In this document: piece after piece, positions 48,381 to 60,659 of the stretch
Layout of the letters: every line of letters starts with the position of its first letter
Position numbering within the stretch: the first letter of the stretch is position 1
From: Curvularia clavata
Lineage: Eukaryota
Direction: 5' to 3'
NCBI GenBank assembly: GCA_023920165.1
Contig: CP089279.1
Span: 2,232,001 to 2,296,000 of the forward strand
Length of the DNA stretch: 64,000 bases
The notes under the pieces: model-generated
What the model was told of the DNA's origin: nothing
Databases searched by the model: none
Seen by the model: the letters and a program-made list of their open reading frames with translations, nothing else
Made by a program: the position numbers and the translations under genes

Positions 48381-49979
48381 TCAATACCCCCTTCCTATAT
48401 GCGCCTCTTCATATGGTCCATCATATGCTACGCCCGTATAATAATACTCGGGCACATAGTCTTCTTCCACATAGGCATAGGGAGACTGCGACGACAGACT
48501 CGATCCAGCGAGGCCCGACGAGGAACTACCCGACCCACTGTACTGCGGCGCAGCATGAAGGGGAACGGGTGCCGGACGAGAAGGCACAGGCATTGCACCA
48601 TTTCCCACCGTCCTTCCCACATCGTCACCACTCCAAGCATAACCCTCGAATCCGCCGGGACCACGCACCAATGTCCGCCCTGGATTTTTCCTTGGTGCCA
48701 ATCCCCTCTTATGCTGATAGTACCTCCCCAGCACCGGCGAGTCGGCACCAACTTCTTCCTCGGGCTCCCGCATCTCAGCCACAGAATGCAAACTCGACAC
48801 GCTGATCTGCCGGCCCCGCGCCCGATTCGACGAATGGCTGTGGTACAAGCCCGGCGCAATCATGGGCGTATGCCCATCCTGCATGCTCATTTGCGTTGCT
48901 GCGGGCGGTATTCCGTGGTACGCGGTATCGACGTCGAATCCGACTTCGTGCTCGTCCGTGTCGTCCCAGTTCCTGTCTCCTCCTCCTCCGAGGCCGTGCT
49001 GCGCCCCGGGATTCAGGCGCTCCGTGTATCCGTCTGCGTCGGCAATGTGGAACGAGAAGCGCGGGATGAAGCCTGGCGACGAGGGCGGTTGGCTGCCTTC
49101 GATTTGGCGCTTCCGTCGACGCCACCACAGGAAACAGCCGAAGAGGAGGGCCGCGATGCTAAGGCTGCCGAGGGGTACGCCAAGGCCAATGGCGAGTTTC
49201 TCGTTGCGTGTGAGGCCTGAGTCGCTGGGTCCTGGGGCTACAGGGTCGGTTGGTGTGTTGCTTGGGGGCGCTGAGGATGACACTAAGGTCGAGGTTGGGG
49301 TTGTCGACGAGGATTTGGGTGTTTGTGAAGAAGAATATAATGATGACGATGACGACGATAGAGAAGATGTTGATGTCGATAAAGAAGATGCTGATGCTGA
49401 TGCAGATGATGCTGAAGGAGACTGGCTACTCCGGGTAGGGAAAGGGAAAGCCGTGAAGATTGGGTTTCTGCTCGTGGGTGAAACCGCTGCGGCACTCGTA
49501 AGTAGTGATCCAAATGTTGGTATAGCTGTCCTCGTTTCCGTTGGCTGGCTCGTCACAGATGCAGGTACATCCGTCGGTGTTGTGTAACTCTCTGGCGGTG
49601 CTGCCGTCGCCGGCCCAAACACATTTATGAGATAGCTCTGTATGTCGATTGGCAACTCTCTGAACCACTCTGGTCTATTGTCGTCTAAGAACTCTTCCCA
49701 TAGCATGCGAGATACAGCCGGGACATTGGTAGCAGCAACCTGTCGGAGAGACTGTGGAAGTGCTGTAAGGAGCACTCTGACAAAGTCGACTCTATACCGC
49801 GTCGTTAGTACGGATGCAACAAAAGAACGAGAATGAACTTACGCATCAGGACTCTCCTGTCTGATTTGTAGGTGTTGCGGCGCGGGCGTGATACTAGGAG
49901 GCATTGGTACCACAGCGCCAGACACAAGGCTGAACAACCCAGTGCCTAGGAGAAAACTCCATCTTCGTAGCGAGTGCAT
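48381..49979 (-). CDS. Mid2-like single-pass cell-surface protein. Exons 49979..49843, 49791..48381
   Basis: Signal peptide, a short PEWFRELPIDIQSYL domain, a long Ser/Thr tract, TM LAIGLGVPLGSLSIAALLFGCFLWW followed by RRRKR, and a cytosolic tail. Canonical intron. Confidence 0.85.
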
Positions 49980-51524
49980 GTATGGAAAGACGCAAGGAAA
50001 ACAAGCGAGCGAATATAAGAGAGAAAAGAAAAGGAAGTCTTTCACCAAAAAGACGTCAGCCAGAAAAGCGCCACTGTCTCTCTTTCTCTCTGTCTCAGTC
50101 TCTCATGTCTGCCTGTGCAAAGAAAAATGTAGTATGAATTAATTCCACCAGAGTGTCAAAGCAAAAAAGGTCAAGAAAGCAAAAAAGGTTCAAAGGCAGA
50201 ATAATCCCACGAGCGGAAAAAAAGCAACATGTATGTAGCCACAGCGACGAGGTCCCCGAACGCCACTCCCGTTCCAACGTCCCTCTCCTCTGCCTCACAC
50301 CTAGGCAGCTCTGGACTCTTCCCCCACACCCCAACCAATCCCACCCCAGCATCAAAAAATAACCACCCAATCGCGCTCCCCGTGGCGAAAACGAGAGCAC
50401 AGCACAGCCTCCCCTCAGCGCTGTCGTTCCCGCATTAAGCTATATCCCTACCCCAGACCTATAAGAACGCAACCCGTCGATCCTAAGCCCCCTCCCATGC
50501 TGGCGCTGGCGCCTTGGGGACCCTGCGCTGCACACTCAGCTTCCAGCCAAGTCAGCACTTTAGTTTGCTGCTGCGCTCCCAATTTTAGGGCGCAGAACCT
50601 CACATGTGTATGTGATGGAATCTTCCGTGAGCATATTATACATGTACAGAAAGTAACAGGAGCTTGCGATGCTTGAATTCAAAAACGAGCGCAATCAATA
50701 CATAGAGAGTTGGGAAAGCAAACAGGGACTGTGTGGCAAGCAGGGGCAGGTGGCGGGTGGCACACATACATACGTAGAAGAGAGGGGGCTTCCGCTTCGC
50801 TTCGTTGCCGAACCCTTTAAACCCCCAATCCACTCTCTCTGTCTGTTGAAACAAGCGACGCAATCGCTAGGCATGTATGTATGTATGTACGTACACACTT
50901 ACATACATGTACAGTCATGATCTGCTCGGCAGCTTAGCGACCCGAACAACGGGTGACCGGAAAAAAAAACTGGGAGAGAGACACACACAGAGAGAGAGGC
51001 ATGCATGTGGCGCAGTCAACAGCATCCAGTCAGAAGTGGATGAGATAAGCTGTTTTGGGCTTTTCCCGGGTTGCGGGGAGGCGAAGCACATAACATTGGC
51101 TGTGTGACTGTGGGTGACGTAGGTATTTTCGTGTTTGGGGGGGATGTTGGGACACGTGGGATTGCTATTCTTAGATGACAGGAGCGAGATGATGATGGAT
51201 GATGATAGGTGAGACATGAGTAGCGTGTTAGAAAGTGACACAGCGAAAGAAAACGTACGGGTTTAGAGCAGTGGTATACTAAATACAGGTGCGTTTTTGA
51301 TGCTAAAGTAGGGGACTTGGGGTAGTCTAGTTCTCAACGTTCGCGCTTAAGTTACACATAATACATGTAGACTGTGACACAACCACGACTATTACCAACA
51401 TGGACGCATTGAATAATACTCCATCTACTCATACAGTACACGTGTTATAACCAGTCAAAGGACCTACCGTCTAAATCTCCTCCGTCTTGTTTTTTTTTAT
51501 CCAACTGCAAACTAAGCTCAACAT

Positions 51525-54500
51525 CTACACCCTCACCCTAGCTGCATTCTCATTCCTCTGCATCGCCATGCCAAACCCAAAGTCCTTTCTGCGCTTGTTC
51601 CCCTTGCGGTCACCGTACTGCTCGTCAAACTTCTTGATCGCATTCAAACTGCTCATGTCCTCGCTGATGCTTGCGCTAATCTCCTGGAGTGCCTTGTCAA
51701 AATGGCGAGCGTGCAGGATACGTTTTTCAGGGAACTTGTAGGTCTGGCCGCGAACGAGACGTGGGGGATTCGATGTTGTAGAAGCCGCGGAGTCAGTGCT
51801 GGGCTCAGACTGCGAACTTTCTGATTCGGCGTCCTGCTCTGCAGCTTTTGCAGCAGCCAGGGCGGCTTGCTCGTTTTCTTCCTTGACACAGGCTAGGGCT
51901 GCTGAGACGGCAATGTTTTTGAGATCGCTTCCGCTGTAGAAGGGTGTGCGCTTTGCAATGTCTTCGAGATCGACAGACTCATCCAGTTGCTCGCCCTTGA
52001 GATGGATTCGCAGGATTTCTTTGCGGTCCGCTTGTGTAGGGAGATCGACGAGTAAGCGTCGTGGCAGGCGACGAATCACTGCGTCGTCCAGGTCAAAAGG
52101 CCGGTTTGTAGCCACCATGACAAAAACGGATAGATCGTTCAGACCATCCCACTCTTTTAGGAACTGGTTGAGAATATCACGATGTGATGCTCGCTCGCGC
52201 ATTGCGTCTCTAGAAGCGAAAACGGCGTCCGCTTCGTCAAGGAAGACAATGCACGGTGACAGTTTGCGTGCGAGGGAGAAGATGGCCGCAACATTCTTCT
52301 CACCCTCGCCAACGTACTTGTCCATGATCTGGCTTCCAGAAACCTCAAGCACTGTACTGCCGCTCTCCTTCGCTACCGCTTTAGCAAGGAGCGTCTTGCC
52401 AGTACCCGGAGGACCGTACAGGAGCGCGCCCGAGATTTTCTCAGTCGCGAGGATACCATAGCTAAAAGCTTCGGGCCGCAGTAACGACAGAGAAGTGATT
52501 GTGCGTATTGATTCTACAGTTTCGGTTGGCACATGAACCTGGTCGAAAGTCGTCTTGATTTGGTCAGGGTCCGCGATACCGGGCATCAGTCGTTTCTCGT
52601 GCTTGTTGGCGGTTAATGCTATTTGCTGTAGATTGCGCTGGCGTTGCAGAGCCTTCTCGTCTGCGCGTTTCCGTGCAGGATCAGGCTCAAGCTTAGCTTC
52701 CATATGGTTAACTGCGCTTTTGGACTGCTTTTCCATCTGGAAGACGTTTCCAAAGTACATGTATTTGACGACATCACTAGATTTCAGCAAGCCCATTGAG
52801 AGAGCAACGTGTGCCCAGCTCAATTGACTTGGCGTGTTCCCAGACGAAGCCGAATTTTGTGAAGGACTCGTAACAAGCAAGCCGAGAGCAGTCAGAGCCA
52901 CCCTATGCACTTCGTCGTACGTAAGAACACGATCGAAATGCGATTCAGAGAAAATCGGCGCCCATTCGCGGAAGCGTAGTCGGCTCTGGTCCATGTCGGA
53001 GATGCTAGCAGCTGCCGATGGATCCAGAGAACGAAGCATGTCTCGAATATGGTACAAATTGATGCGTCGGAATTTGCTCTTTTCTGCTGGCGAAATATCG
53101 GCCGAGAATGCTGTGCTGCTTTCGGATACGATGGCCTCGTCAAGTTTTGATGTACTGCCGCTTCCGGGCTCTGGTGCCACTACAATGGTTCTGAAGAAAC
53201 TGCTTTCGCCCTCATTCTGGAGACCACGAACGCCACTGTGACTGTTAGCTTTGGCACGAAAATATACTGACAGAATTCTGTGCTCGATGGATGATGAAGA
53301 AAGTCCGTACCTGATATTCAGTTCAGGCGTCAGGTCGCGTGAACATGTGCTCCCCACTATCATGACACTCTCACCAGCGATACGCCGCCTGCGAACAATC
53401 TCCTCGAGTTTTTGGATGATGCGACCGCCATAATGAGTGGCATTTAGTTCTTTGAAGTCTTTCACGTATATGATTTTGGATTTTGTTGGAACGTTGGGTG
53501 GCTCAGACGGCTGGCCAACCTTGACTACCAAGTTGATGTCAGGCCTGGCAGCGGCTGGCAAGGTCGAGTCAAGATCAAGTTCAGCGCTTTGTCCCAAAGA
53601 ATAGTCAAAGAAGGCTGGACCTTTGGGGGATGTTTGCTGGTTGTCCGCAGCATTCACCCTGTACAGGCTGTCACTACCAATGATACCTCGACTCTGCTTC
53701 AAGTGGTTTGAATCGATCAATGCCTCCAAGAGAGCAGCTAGTTTTAGATCCTCGAGTTGCATCTCGCTTTGACTTTGACTGCGTCCAGGATCGTCGTTGG
53801 AAGCACTGGCAGATGACCCAAACGGGCTAACAGAACCGAGTTGTAAGCCTTTCAGATCTTGGGTCATGGCTCGCAAAGCGGGCGTGAGCGCGATGATGGA
53901 GAGAGGTATGCCACGGGGACGCATCGAACTTGGATCGGACTGTCCCATCGATGCGGATGGAGACCATTCTGTATCTTCTTCAGTGCCAGGCTCTTGCACA
54001 TCTGCCACAAAGTCGTTGACCTCTGCATTCAACCGATATGTTTCATAACCCAAGGACCGGATGGAGCGTGGAGAAGGCTCCGCTCCTTCGCCCAAATAGT
54101 CTGCAGCAAGATGGGCAAGATCTTGTGCACTCAATACAACAACGTCAGATCCCATCTCAAAAGCACAAGACACTACACATGCGTCAATTGGTGCCTCATG
54201 CTCGGGTGTAGGTGAATGAAGTATCAAGTTTGTCTTGGCAGCGGGGAACGAGTCGCTAGCGGCTGGTTGTAATGCAGAGAGAGAAGCGGCAATGGTTGCA
54301 CGAATTTCGGCGACTACCAAGGAGGAAAGATGTCTGGAGGTACCCATTTTCCTGGTTTTGGCGACCTCTCGTTTCCTAGCGGCTATTTCAAGTTTGGCGC
54401 TCTGTTTCCTCATAGCTTCAACCTTCTTTCGAGGATCCATGTCGGGGTCATCTTGCAGTTTACTCAGCTTTGCCCAGGCTTCGGTGAAAGCGCTGTCCTC

Positions 54501-55235
54501 TGTGATAGCGGCAACCGGCACGTCGCCAGGGCGTCCTGCTTCTGTACTCGCCACGGCTTCAGCGTTCCTTGACTGTGACGTTGCCGCATCTGTGTGCTCC
54601 TCGTGTGCCATTCTCTCCTCGAGGTACTTTTCAACCCTGTGCCTCTCATTATCGTCCAATCGCCTACTCCATAAGCCACGCACCAGTCGGGAGAGAACCT
54701 GGGTTGGGTCTGAGTCGTGTCGAGCAGGCAGTGCACAGGCAGCCTGCTCTCCCGATTCAGCATGAGCTACCGCAACCGAAAGAACAGCTGGGGGTTTTGC
54801 GTCCTGTGGGCTTCCCGGTAGGTCTTCGCGGCGCAATACCCTCTTTTTCAGAAACCAGTCCGGTATGTGCACGGGTGGCAGTCCTTGGGCTTTTTTGCCT
54901 CGCTGTTGACGTCGCAGGGCAGCAGAGTACCGGCGCGAGGATTCTCGTGAGCGCTGAAGCTTTTGTGCTAACATGTCGGGATCATCCAACGCTACCGCCT
55001 CGTCTGCTGGTTCTTCGGCCGTGGCTGCCGCCTCTTTGTCTCTATCCGCCGAATTGACGCCATGCTGATCTGCAGGCGTACCGTTGGGTGCGGGCGGGGG
55101 GTTGGATGCTTGTGCGAGCGGCCGCCCGGTGTGGAATGGTCGTAGCCGTGGTATGGATGGATAGCGGCGACCGCGTATAAAGCGCGCTGGAGGTCGTTTC
55201 GTGGACGCTCGCAGTGCTGACCGAATCACGTACAT
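51525..55235 (-). CDS. Large AAA+ ATPase, Msp1/ATAD1-related C-terminal module, probably mitochondrial. Exons 55235..53311, 53235..51525
   Basis: Arg-rich, acid-free presequence-like N-terminus. LLYGPPGTGKTLLAKA, FLDEAD and ATNRPFDLDDAVIRRLPRR motifs. In-frame 75-nt intron GTACGG...GCTAAC...CAG. Confidence 0.92.
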   Translation of the reverse strand: MYVIRSALRASTKRPPARFIRGRRYPSIPRLRPFHTGRPLAQASNPPPAPNGTPADQHGVNSADRDKEAAATAEEPADEAVALDDPDMLAQKLQRSRESSRRYSAALRRQQRGKKAQGLPPVHIPDWFLKKRVLRREDLPGSPQDAKPPAVLSVAVAHAESGEQAACALPARHDSDPTQVLSRLVRGLWSRRLDDNERHRVEKYLEERMAHEEHTDAATSQSRNAEAVASTEAGRPGDVPVAAITEDSAFTEAWAKLSKLQDDPDMDPRKKVEAMRKQSAKLEIAARKREVAKTRKMGTSRHLSSLVVAEIRATIAASLSALQPAASDSFPAAKTNLILHSPTPEHEAPIDACVVSCAFEMGSDVVVLSAQDLAHLAADYLGEGAEPSPRSIRSLGYETYRLNAEVNDFVADVQEPGTEEDTEWSPSASMGQSDPSSMRPRGIPLSIIALTPALRAMTQDLKGLQLGSVSPFGSSASASNDDPGRSQSQSEMQLEDLKLAALLEALIDSNHLKQSRGIIGSDSLYRVNAADNQQTSPKGPAFFDYSLGQSAELDLDSTLPAAARPDINLVVKVGQPSEPPNVPTKSKIIYVKDFKELNATHYGGRIIQKLEEIVRRRRIAGESVMIVGSTCSRDLTPELNIRYGLSSSSIEHRILSVYFRAKANSHSGVRGLQNEGESSFFRTIVVAPEPGSGSTSKLDEAIVSESSTAFSADISPAEKSKFRRINLYHIRDMLRSLDPSAAASISDMDQSRLRFREWAPIFSESHFDRVLTYDEVHRVALTALGLLVTSPSQNSASSGNTPSQLSWAHVALSMGLLKSSDVVKYMYFGNVFQMEKQSKSAVNHMEAKLEPDPARKRADEKALQRQRNLQQIALTANKHEKRLMPGIADPDQIKTTFDQVHVPTETVESIRTITSLSLLRPEAFSYGILATEKISGALLYGPPGTGKTLLAKAVAKESGSTVLEVSGSQIMDKYVGEGEKNVAAIFSLARKLSPCIVFLDEADAVFASRDAMRERASHRDILNQFLKEWDGLNDLSVFVMVATNRPFDLDDAVIRRLPRRLLVDLPTQADRKEILRIHLKGEQLDESVDLEDIAKRTPFYSGSDLKNIAVSAALACVKEENEQAALAAAKAAEQDAESESSQSEPSTDSAASTTSNPPRLVRGQTYKFPEKRILHARHFDKALQEISASISEDMSSLNAIKKFDEQYGDRKGNKRRKDFGFGMAMQRNENAARVRV

Positions 55236-56969
55236 CCGGACGTCTCAGGCGCTCCCGGGGGTGAAGAGAGGGAGGCCACGGGGAATTGGTAGCCTTTGGG
55301 TGGGGTTTGAGCACTGCAATGGCAATTTCGTCGTCAACTTTCTTCATTGTCTGAGCCAGGGTCCAGGGCCAAGACATGCGGCTACACCCGCCCTATCATC
55401 TCGAAACACGGCACCCTAGTCGCAATTTACAGTCACAGAAAAGTCTAAAATACGGCTGTCCGATCTGCTAGTTCAATGCGCACGATTGCCGAACTTGTGT
55501 TGGCTGCCGTGCTAGGTTCCATCTCAAATGTGTTGCGCGGATGACGTAACCAAGCTCTCCACACTGATACTAGTATCCAAACTCAAGCTGGAAAGGTACA
55601 TGGCATGTGGATATGACACACGGCGAAGTTCAGGAGGACTTTCAAAGGCTGTATTGGCTGGAGAATTGCCTAGATATACACCTGTGAAGTGTGTAATCAT
55701 ACTGTGCAAAGAAGACATAATTTGTACATAACGACGGATCGGACACAGACTCGACAGACTCACGACTTGGCATCCAGCCCAGCCCAGTCTAGCGTGCCAT
55801 TGCCTCGAGTCCGAGTAAGATGAGCGGTTATCGTCAGTCGGACCTGCTGGTGGGTTGGCTGTTTTGTGCTATGGACAGCAGCGATGCGGATTTCCCGCCG
55901 GCTAGTTGTTATCAAGCTTCACAGGATTCACAGCGAATACGAGCAGATGAGATTGGCTCGCCAACGCATCGATGGAGGTGCAGAGAAGGGGCCGGAAAGA
56001 TGGCGCATGGAGAGCTGAGATGAGGTGACTGGACAAGCACGCGGCTCGCAGCTTTGTTTTGGTGCTCTTCTGGTCTGCCATTCCATGCTCTTGTTTACCA
56101 CATGCGATCCGATCACGCAAGCGTACAGTGAGCGGTGTCATTGCTATGCACCGTGGGTCCTCGAGAGGAGCGTGTCTGTATTTTGTTCTGCCACGTCGTG
56201 TCTGGCGGTGCATGGACGCTCAGTAGGCGCATGCCTGCAGACAGGGAGTACTATCACCAAATGGCACCGAGGCCAGACACGTGCGCTGGCTGACTGGTGC
56301 GCATGTGTGCGTGCATAGCCGTTGGAGCGCACATTTGGCTGCCGAATGTGAAAGCTGTGGAGGGCGCGAGAGACACCAGCCTCGTCGGGCTGCGAATATC
56401 ACGGTGGCTGGACGTGCGGCTGGGTGGTTGTGTGATGGTGTAGAGCAGAGAGGGTGCAGTGCAGTGCCAAGGCGCAAGGGTGCCTGGGGAGGGGCTTGCT
56501 AAGCGAGCCTGTCTCAGTGGCTGTCTCTCCGCCTGTTCCTGAGTCTCGTCCGTGCGCGCCGTCGATCGTCGCTTCCTTTTGCATGTTGACCGCCCGGTCG
56601 AGCGCTGCTGCTGTTGAGGGCAATTCACTCGACTCGTCCAGGCGCCGGGCGGCCCTACCCTACCCCCAGCCTGCCACCTGGACCGACACCCCAGGCCCCC
56701 TGTGCCCTCACCTCCCTCGAGCATGCTTTCATCGTCTGTACAGTTCCCCACCCACGTCATCTCCAGCGGTGCGGAAACTGCACAATAGCTTCGGGACAAC
56801 CCTTTCTGAGCTAGCGGCATACCAAACATTGCCTACCCAACCACGCGACTAGCCCTTCACCCACCTCCTCGACTCGACCTCGACAGCAGGCGCATCCAGT
56901 GCCATGACGCCTTTCTGACATGTCGGTTAGCCATCGCCAACCTCATCCACCATCGACCCGGAGGCCGCG

Positions 56970-59900
56970 ATGTCGCTTACGCCCTCCAATGCCCGGGTGA
57001 GCCCAGCCATTGGCACTGCCATCAAGCTGAATGCTTCGCCCTCTCCCTTCTACAAGACGACCCCGCGTTCTCCCGTCAAGCAGGGACGCGCCGAAGTCAA
57101 CCTTTCCTTGCGCCAGGTCATTGGCACTACGACCTACTCGCCCAATGCCTTCGACAGCCTGCCGTCCGGGTCTACCTTTGGCTACGCCGCCGGTGCTGCC
57201 GCTGTCATCGCCTCCATAGACGACCATGGTCACGTCACCCAGCGTTTCTACCGTGCACGGCCTACCACTAATCCCATTAATCCTTCGGCATCCATATACG
57301 GCGGCCCGTCAACACCCACGCAGAACGAGAGCCGCAATCGCGCAGCCATCTCTCTGCGGGACGCCGGCTTTGGCGCTTCACCAGCCCCGTCACCAAGTGG
57401 TCAGGACTGGGGAGACTCACCAGGCAACAAAGCGTGGTCTTCCAAGGACAAGATCAAGGCAGCAACCTGTGTCAGCTTCAGTCCCGATGGAAAATATTTT
57501 GCGGTCGGAGAGGCAAGTTATACACAACCTTTCATCTGATCCTTCGTCGTCCTAACTCACTCCAGACGGGATACAAACCTCGCGTCCTCATCTTTTCCGC
57601 CGGCCCAGATGCCCTCTGCGACACTCCTCTGTCATCACTCACAGACCACACCTTTGGTGTAAACTGCGTAGCTTTCAGTCCCGATTCCCGATTCCTTGCA
57701 AGTCTCGGCTCAACCAACGATGGCTTCCTCTACATTTGGCACATCAACTCCCGCACCGGCGCTGCCACGCTTCATGCTAGCAACAAATGCGTCAGTCGCA
57801 TCAATCGGATGGCCTGGATGGGTAATAAACTGATTACCGTTGGCGTCCGACATGTCAAAGTCTGGAAGATCGATGACCTCAACACCACTCTCCGCATTTC
57901 TCGGGCCCGCCAGAGCGATGCTTCGTTCCTCTCTAGCTCTATGCACAAAACACTGCCGGGGAGGAATTGCATTCTTGACAACCTCAAAGAATCCACATTT
58001 ACTAGCGTTGTCGCCATAGCCCGGAATAAGGCCATTGTGGCTTCTGACAAGGGAGAGATATGTCTGATTGACGATTCGGAATCAGACCAGCGCTTCCGCA
58101 AGCTAGTGGATACTGGATTTGCCATAAGCTCGCTGGCAGTAGACGTCAAAGATCGACTCCACGTTGTCGGTAGCCAAGGAACACTCAAGACATTCAATAT
58201 CAAGGAGATTACAGGGGCAATGACACCTCCACCGTCACCACCACCACGGGTCGAGTCTCCTACCGCTCCGGTTACGGATTGCAACCAGATTGGCGTGATT
58301 GCCTGCTTGAAAGACTACATCATCACAGTTGATTCACAACGAGCTATTCGGTTGTCACAGCTGTGTTCCGACGATGACGACGCTGTCGTCGGTGATGTAG
58401 TTCGTACGTTGCCTGCACACGGCAAAGCTGTGCTAGGAGTGCAGGCAGGCCTCGCCCAACCCAACGTGTTCGATGCTTCTTACTACACATGGGCTGCCGA
58501 CGGGACAGTCATCTTCTGGAGCCAGGGCTCGTGCAAAGACTCGCTTCAAGTTCACCTGGAACAGCCGGATGATTCCGAAGCAGTTTCCAACGAGTTGAGG
58601 ACAGTGCGAGTCACTGCCAACGGTGCCCATCTGATAGCAGGGGATAAGTTTGGTGTACTGAGGTTCATCGATTGCAAGACCAAAGCATGCAGGATGGAAT
58701 TCAAGGCGCATGCAAGCGAAGTCACCGATATTGCTATTCACGAAGGGCAGCTGACTCTGGTCGCTTCCACCAGTCGAGACCGAACTGTGCAAGTGCTCAC
58801 CCGAGTCGGAGAAACTTGGGAGCTATTGCAAACACTGGACGAGCACGTCGGGGCAGTAAACGGCGTCACATTCTCACGCGATGGTACACGGTTGGTGTCG
58901 TCTTCTAGCGACCGGAGTCTGGTTGTTCGCGAACTGTTATCTCTCGAGGATGAGAAGGGCGTCAACTGCGCCTTCGCCATGTCACGAGCCATCATCGTGA
59001 AAGCCACTCCCGTGTCGACAGCATGGGATGCTGACCAGGACGATATCATCTTCGTTTCGACCATCGACCGCCAGGTGCACAAATTCGACATTCGCACAGG
59101 TCAGTGTCTTGGAAACTTCCGTTCGTGCGACACAGATGGAGGCGACGCCGTTGTCCTGTCCTCCCTGGTACACATAGCCCGTAGTTGGGGTGCTCCGTTG
59201 ATTGCCGGAGTGTCAAGCACAGACAAGTCCATTCGTGTGTACGATGACAATGGCTCACTAGTGGCTCGAGATTGGGGGCATACAGAGGGTGTTTCTAATA
59301 TTGCGCTTGTGCATTCGCCTCAAGGATTGGGAGATGAGGCGAGCGAGAAGTCGCTAGTCACTGTCGCCGTAGACGGAACTATATTTGTGTGGGATCTAGG
59401 CATTCAGACACCAAATCGTCCAGAGCCATCAAGGTCTCTAGACCTACTCACTCCTAACTCACCATCGAATCCGGACCTATTGTCTAGCAAGCCACCTCTA
59501 CGGCGTGTACTGTCGCAGTCAGAATTGGCACGTTACCAACGCTCACAACAGGAAGGAGATTCTACAAGAAGTGGAAGTAATTCGCCAAAACTGCGAAAAA
59601 AGGCATCGAAATGTTCGATCAACGCAGCTCCAAAGCTCGAACCTTCTCCAATTCCAAGCTATCCACGGGATGGACAGGGAACAAGTTTCCAAGATAAGGG
59701 TACGGCTCGAAGAAACAAGAATCGCTCCCAGTCCCCGCCGAGCCCTAGAAACACACAGCGACCGAAGCGCCGCGGATCAGTGGAGCCCAGAAACCGGGCA
59801 AAGGCTCCTGTTCGTGAATTCGGCACCATCGACGGGGGAACAGAGAGCTTATGCAGAACGCTCCGGGCGTACAGGAAGCGTCTTGCTAACTCAACTGATA

Positions 59901-60244
59901 CCATGAGCCCCGAGCTTGCTAAAGAAGTCGAGCGCGAGCTTGCTGTGACTGCACGAGCGATTGGCGACAGAGTCAAAACCAAGGCTTTCGAAGAGACCAT
60001 CATGATTAAGCTGCTAGACCAGTATTCTGAGCGGTTAGTCAACATGCTGGATGAAAAGATTGCAGCCAGCGTGGCCCAACGGGTGCGTGAGAGCAGCGTG
60101 GGCCACTTCTCTGATGGACCCGACTCGCCTCGGGCTGCTCACCGTCCTTCTGCAAGCCGAGCAGAGAGTGAGGATCTGAGGAGCTTTCGAGGCGACTCGG
60201 GACTAGGATCCGAGGTGCGTAGTGCAGGAAAATCAGCAGTGTAA
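56970..60244 (+). CDS. WD40-repeat protein, WDR62/MAPKBP1-like. Exons 56970..57512, 57566..60244
   Basis: LSLRQVIGTT, CVSFSPDGKYFAVGE|TGYKPRV, HTFGVNCVAFSPD, SRDRTVQV and GHTEGV WD repeats, a Ser/Pro-rich linker and a C-terminal helical region. The frames are joined by a GC-AG intron. Confidence 0.88.
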
Positions 60245-60659
60245 TATAGGTGTTGCGGTTTGTGGCATATTTCAGGGGCGCAACACGGTAGGCATAGGGA
60301 AGGCTCTGTCCAAGCTGCATACGACGGGGATCGGTGGAGCGAACATGGCGTTGGAGGGAAATCTAGAGCAAAGAAAGCGGCGTTTTGGGATACCGAAAAC
60401 GCTCTTGATTATTGAGCACACAACTTGGCGTTATCATGGGGGAAATGGCCTGGTTTGGCCATTTGTTATTTGTTTTTGGTTTTTCTATCTCCATCTCTCA
60501 CTCTCTGTCTGCAGCATGACTACGCACATATGTAATCGTAGTTTATAGTGTTTTTTTCCTTTGTCATAGCAAGCACGCTCGCTCGATAATGCATATTTCT
60601 TCGACATGAAGGTCTCTGTACTCTATATATGTATCTCTCTCTCTCCCTCTTCTTATTAT

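Noticed and set aside
51525..60244. Functional link between the divergent AAA ATPase and the WDR62-like gene (by analogy with WDR62-katanin)
   Set aside because: The ATPase is Msp1-related with a mitochondrial presequence and no MIT domain was seen, so the analogy does not hold.
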